Source: Chromera velia
Lineage: Eukaryota
Direction: 5' to 3'
Assembly: GCA_018398765.1 (NCBI GenBank)
Contig: JAHBMJ010000281.1
Location: 1 to 51,172, forward strand
DNA: 51,172 nt
Shown here: positions 47,227 to 51,172 of the stretch, piece by piece
How positions within the stretch are numbered: position 1 is the stretch's first letter
Layout of the letters: every line of letters begins with the position of its first letter
Translations under genes and position numbers: made by a program
Notes under the pieces: generated by a model
The model's input: the letters and a program-made list of their open reading frames with translations, nothing else
Told to the model about the DNA's origin: nothing
Database searches by the model: none

Positions 47227-48132
47227 ATGCAGCGCCTGTTCCTTTTTTGCAGCCTGGGTACTCCCTTCTGTGAAGGCGTTCAGGCTCTGAGACAGAAGAG
47301 ATTTTGTCCATCATCTTTTGCAGTCCTCTCCCTTCGAAGTTGGTCCCGCCCATGCACCCGTCTACACAGGCGGCCTTTCGTAGGCAGGGACGGGGGGACG
47401 CGCATGGGTCCGAATACTTTCCTGGGTACCCAAGGCGGTTCCGTTGTTGCGTTGGTTGGCCTCACCTGCGTGAGTGCCTCCTCTCCCTCCTCCGCCTCCG
47501 CAGGGGAGACGGGGACCGCAAGTGCGTCTTCTCTGACGGAGACGGTAAGTGCGTCTTCGGAGAGTCGTGAGGTGGGGCTCCTGCCTGTTTCTGCAGGGCG
47601 GCACGGCAAGATGGGGGGGGATTTTGAGATTCGGCTGGGTTGTTTGGAAGACGCCGGATCGATTGCGTCGATTTACAACGAGTCGATAGACAGGGGGGAC
47701 TCCACAATGGACGAGCAGAGGAAGAGCGCGGAGGATATTCGGAGGTGGATGGGGGGAATGGGAAGCCGGGAGAGATTTCTCGTGGCGGTCTCGAGGGAGA
47801 CAGACGCACTCGGAAAGGGAAAAGTCATCGGGTGGGTAGTGATCAAGCAATACAGCGATAGGGAGGGGTACAGATTCGCATGTGAGACTTCAATTTACGT
47901 GACTCGGGGCGGCACAGGAGGGGGGGTGGGGTCGTGTCTCCAGGCGGCGGCCATTCGGGATTGCAGAGAGCTGCGGTACCACCACATTGTGGTGAGGATT
48001 TTTGACAGCAACAGGGGGAGCGTGAAGTTCCACGAGAAGCTTGGGTTTGAGACTGTGGGGATTCAGAAGGAGATCGGGTGGAAGCACGGCCAGTGGAAGG
48101 ACATCCGAGTGATGCAACTGGTCCTTCGATAA
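47227..48132 (+). CDS. GNAT acetyltransferase of the phosphinothricin/methionine sulfoximine type (Pat/MddA/YncA-like) with an N-terminal extension, intronless
   Basis: From 47610: IR...DAGSIASIYN...ST...YSDREGYRFACETSIYV...GGGVGS...NRGSVKFHEKLGFETVG..KEIGWKHGQWKDIRVMQLVL. First in-frame ATG at 47227. Confidence 0.88.
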   Translation: MQRLFLFCSLGTPFCEGVQALRQKRFCPSSFAVLSLRSWSRPCTRLHRRPFVGRDGGTRMGPNTFLGTQGGSVVALVGLTCVSASSPSSASAGETGTASASSLTETVSASSESREVGLLPVSAGRHGKMGGDFEIRLGCLEDAGSIASIYNESIDRGDSTMDEQRKSAEDIRRWMGGMGSRERFLVAVSRETDALGKGKVIGWVVIKQYSDREGYRFACETSIYVTRGGTGGGVGSCLQAAAIRDCRELRYHHIVVRIFDSNRGSVKFHEKLGFETVGIQKEIGWKHGQWKDIRVMQLVLR

Positions 48133-48479
48133 TTAGTTAAGTCAATGATTGAAGAATTAATACATCATTGGTAGAGATAATTAGTCTCAGAAGGAAACGT
48201 GCTCCTTCGGTGAAGCTGTGAAAGAGCTAGGGGGGTACCTGGCAGGTAGGGGAAAGGAAACGCGTTCGAAGTGAGAGGAGTGGTTTGGAAAGAAAGAAAA
48301 AGAGGGGGGCTGAGAGTCCCCATCATATCCCATGCATGTGATGTGCGGCATCATGTGCCTGGCCCTTTGGACTGCATGTGTGCAGCTATGTGCAGCCTTG
48401 AGGGTGTGTATGTTTTTTTCATGAATGCTGATCTCTCTATATATATGATTCGATACTTCCTTCTATACTCCTCTGAATA

Positions 48480-49000
48480 TTTCTTGAATTAACATCTAGA
48501 TTAACGTTCTTTTACAATTACTAGTACAATTAGAGAAAGTCGGGTTCGACTGAACACGCCCTTCATTGAACTCGGCATTACAGATAATAGTGGAAATGCT
48601 GTTTATTTTAAGTTGGATAGGATAAGAGAAGATTTATGTTCCGGGTATACTAGTCCAGGTACCCCGCGCCGTACGTCCAGTGCCTAAAAAAGGCTTATTA
48701 TGCCGCTTATACCATCAGCGGCTTCGTGTAGCGTTATGAGCTGCCAGTTAAACGCTGGCCATCCATCTAGAAGATAGATCGATCGATCGATTGTTCATAT
48801 GAAAAAACAGGTGAAAAAACCTTTTTATGATGCCTAGCATGATGCAGAACCTATTAATGAATTACACTGAATCAATCAATCAACTAGTCAATCAATAATG
48901 TTCAAAGGGATATGAATTTTTAAGAGCATAGATTTATATTATTAAAATAGATTTGACATTGAATTGATAATAAATTCGGAAAAAAGAAGAAACAAACAAT
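48480..49000. other. AT/TpA/CTAG-rich intergenic block between convergent genes
   Basis: tctaga/actagt occur repeatedly; AT-rich. Confidence 0.55.
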
Positions 49001-49592
49001 AATGTTTTCCGCTGTCGCAGCTAACGCACGTCAGAGAGGCGGTTGCAGTAAGCAAAAAAAAAAGCGTTGTAGCATAAGGCTGGCTCTAGGGCTGGCTGGG
49101 ATTATGCGTGCCTTCCCAATTGCCAGTGCAACAATGTCTTTCTTTCTTTCTTTCTTTCTTTCCCCCTTCCTTCCTGTTCCCTCTTCTGTACGTGCTCCCT
49201 CAACAATCCATTACTACGTAGCTGATGCATGTGCACTTTGAATTCAGCGGTGTTCCTCTCCTCTCTGTCTCGCGGCAAGGGACTTCCAAGCAACGGGTGG
49301 CGCCCATGCAGAGACATGAAAGCCCTGCAGGATGTAGATCAGAGGTGCCGTGCCTAGGATGGACACAAGAAAAGCAAGAGAGAAGAAACAACGCAATTAA
49401 GACTTGAAAGAAAGAAACGCCCCACTCCCCCTGCTTTCTTTCCAGTCTACGCGTTCCGTCCCTCTCCTTGCCCCTGCTCCTTCCCTCGCCCCCTTCCACG
49501 GATGACGCTCTCTCTCTCTCTCACCGCCCCTCACGCACCAACCCACCCTTCCTGGCTGCTTCTCGAGAAAGAAAGAGAAGAAAAAGAGAGCA

Positions 49593-49641
49593 CTACTCAA
49601 TTGCAGGAATCTTCCAGAGCATCACTTTTTGGTCCCTGCAG

Positions 49642-49682
<41 letters not shown>

Positions 49683-49784
49683 TACATACATATTAATACA
49701 TACATGCATACACACACACACTCGCACACAGACACACACACACACACACACACACACACTCATTCACACACACACTCGCACACA

Positions 49785-49817
<33 letters not shown>

Positions 49818-50793
49818 ATTCACACAAACACACACACACACACACACACATACATACATACATACATATTAATACATACATGCATACACACACACACTCG
49901 CACACAGACAAACACACACACGTACACACATATATATATGTACAGAGAGAGAGAGAGAGAGAGAGAATGAGAGATGAGAGAATGAGAGAGGACGAAGCAG
50001 TATCTTTCTTTGGCCCCTTTTTGAAAATGGAAGAAGAAAAAGAACTAAACAGAGACGGAGAACTAGGTATCCGAGATAAAAAATAACCCATGCAGGCACG
50101 TGAAGGCATCCATCCAACCCATCCAGATGGTTCCCTCACCGGTTCGTTTTTTTTTGTTCTCTCTACTTTTTTCTCGAACATCGACCGACCACCCTCCGGA
50201 CAAAATTTTGCACCGGCTCAAGTAGACCAGAAAGAACCAGTGTGAGATAAATTCGAACAAGGCAATCATTCGATGGATCGAACAAACTCTCTAGGGCTGC
50301 CTGCCTGACTGACCATGACGAGCTGAGAAGGAACGATGAGCCATCCTTATTCGACGCCCACGAACACCCTGCACCCAGGCAGGCAGAGGCAGTCACAGGG
50401 GAACAAAACAGTTCAAAGAAAAGAGAAGAGAAGAGAAGAGAAAATGGAGGGCCGGCCGGAGCGATCGAGAGAACCTCTCGACATGCCGCAGATGGATGAT
50501 GTCGACCTCATGCAGGGAATCGCCGCTCGTTCTCATGATAGATCAAGCAAGCGGTTGTTCGCACGAATACTTCCTTTCTGAACACTTACTCAGTCAGGCA
50601 CTCACGATCCCTAACCTGACACTATGTCCGGGTGGTATTTGTGTGACAGAATAAGTGTATGCCCCGACAGACAGACAGACAGACCTGAGACGGCGTCCTT
50701 GTGTCCCGTTAACTCGAGAGATGCGAGGGTCTTCCCTCTCTTCCCTTCCTCTCGGGCTTCCTCAAGGTCGGCCTTCATCTTCATCTCTTGCTC
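49593..50793 (-). CDS. 3' end of a WD40-repeat protein (exons 50685-50793, 50314-50368, 49593-49635); continues off the right edge
   Basis: Spliced ...LELTGHKDAVS|GCSWASNKDGSSFLLSSSW|DQKVMLWKIPAIE* is one canonical GH...WD-type repeat. Confidence 0.85.
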
Positions 50794-51172
50794 CTGCACG
50801 CAGGCACGCAGGCAGGCAGGTGTGGAGAGGCAGGCAGGGAGGGAGACGGGTAGATAGGAGGAACTGAGAGCCTTTTTGAATCGAAGAGAGGGGCTGAATG
50901 AAGCAGACGGGAGCCAGAAGAAGAAGGGAAGGGAGGGGGCGGGAGGAGAGGGGGCGAGGAAATGACGGATAGACTATACGTACGACCTTTTTTGTCTTTG
51001 TTCTTCTTTTTTCCTTTCTGACAGTGAGACGGACCAGACCGTTCTCTCCTTCTCTTCTGTGTTTCTTTTCGTTTTCTTTTTTACTTCTTCCTGAGACTGA
51101 TGGACAGACAGACAGAAAGACAGAGAGAGCAGTGTGTTGATCCCGTCATTCCAACCCCCCCCCCCCCCCCCC

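Overview
Eukaryotic, intron-rich nuclear DNA. Microsatellite-filled GT-AG introns, abundant TGCATGCA and the gene content suggest an alveolate of the chromerid/apicomplexan group, such as Chromera; this is inference only. Both ends are poly-C tracts and there are three small N gaps. I can reconstruct about 13 genes by hand-splicing: a two-pore-domain K+ channel (5' part, -), a disrupted GH54 arabinofuranosidase (+), a secreted hypothetical (-), a DUF6939/NADAR-like protein (+), a large possibly N-myristoylated hypothetical (-), UTP11 (+), a 2OG-Fe(II) oxygenase (-), NRAMP (+), a Popeye-domain protein (+), a head-to-head pair of Cys-rich type I membrane paralogs, a Pat/MddA-like GNAT (+) and the 3' end of a WD40 gene (-). 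Three signals stand out. (1) A short palindromic element (consensus about TGCATTTATTTTCATACAG-AATT-CTGTATGAAAATAAATGCA) recurs more than a dozen times. It nearly always lies between 20-70 bp direct duplications of host DNA that straddle splice sites, sometimes supplies the splice site itself, and once sits inside coding sequence. This looks like an undescribed duplication or intron-remodelling system. (2) An in-frame TGA in one membrane-protein paralog aligns exactly with a Cys codon of its neighbour, so it is either a selenoprotein candidate or a recent pseudogene. (3) The layout is regular, with pure-GC islands at divergent promoters and AT/TpA/CTAG-rich blocks after gene 3' ends.
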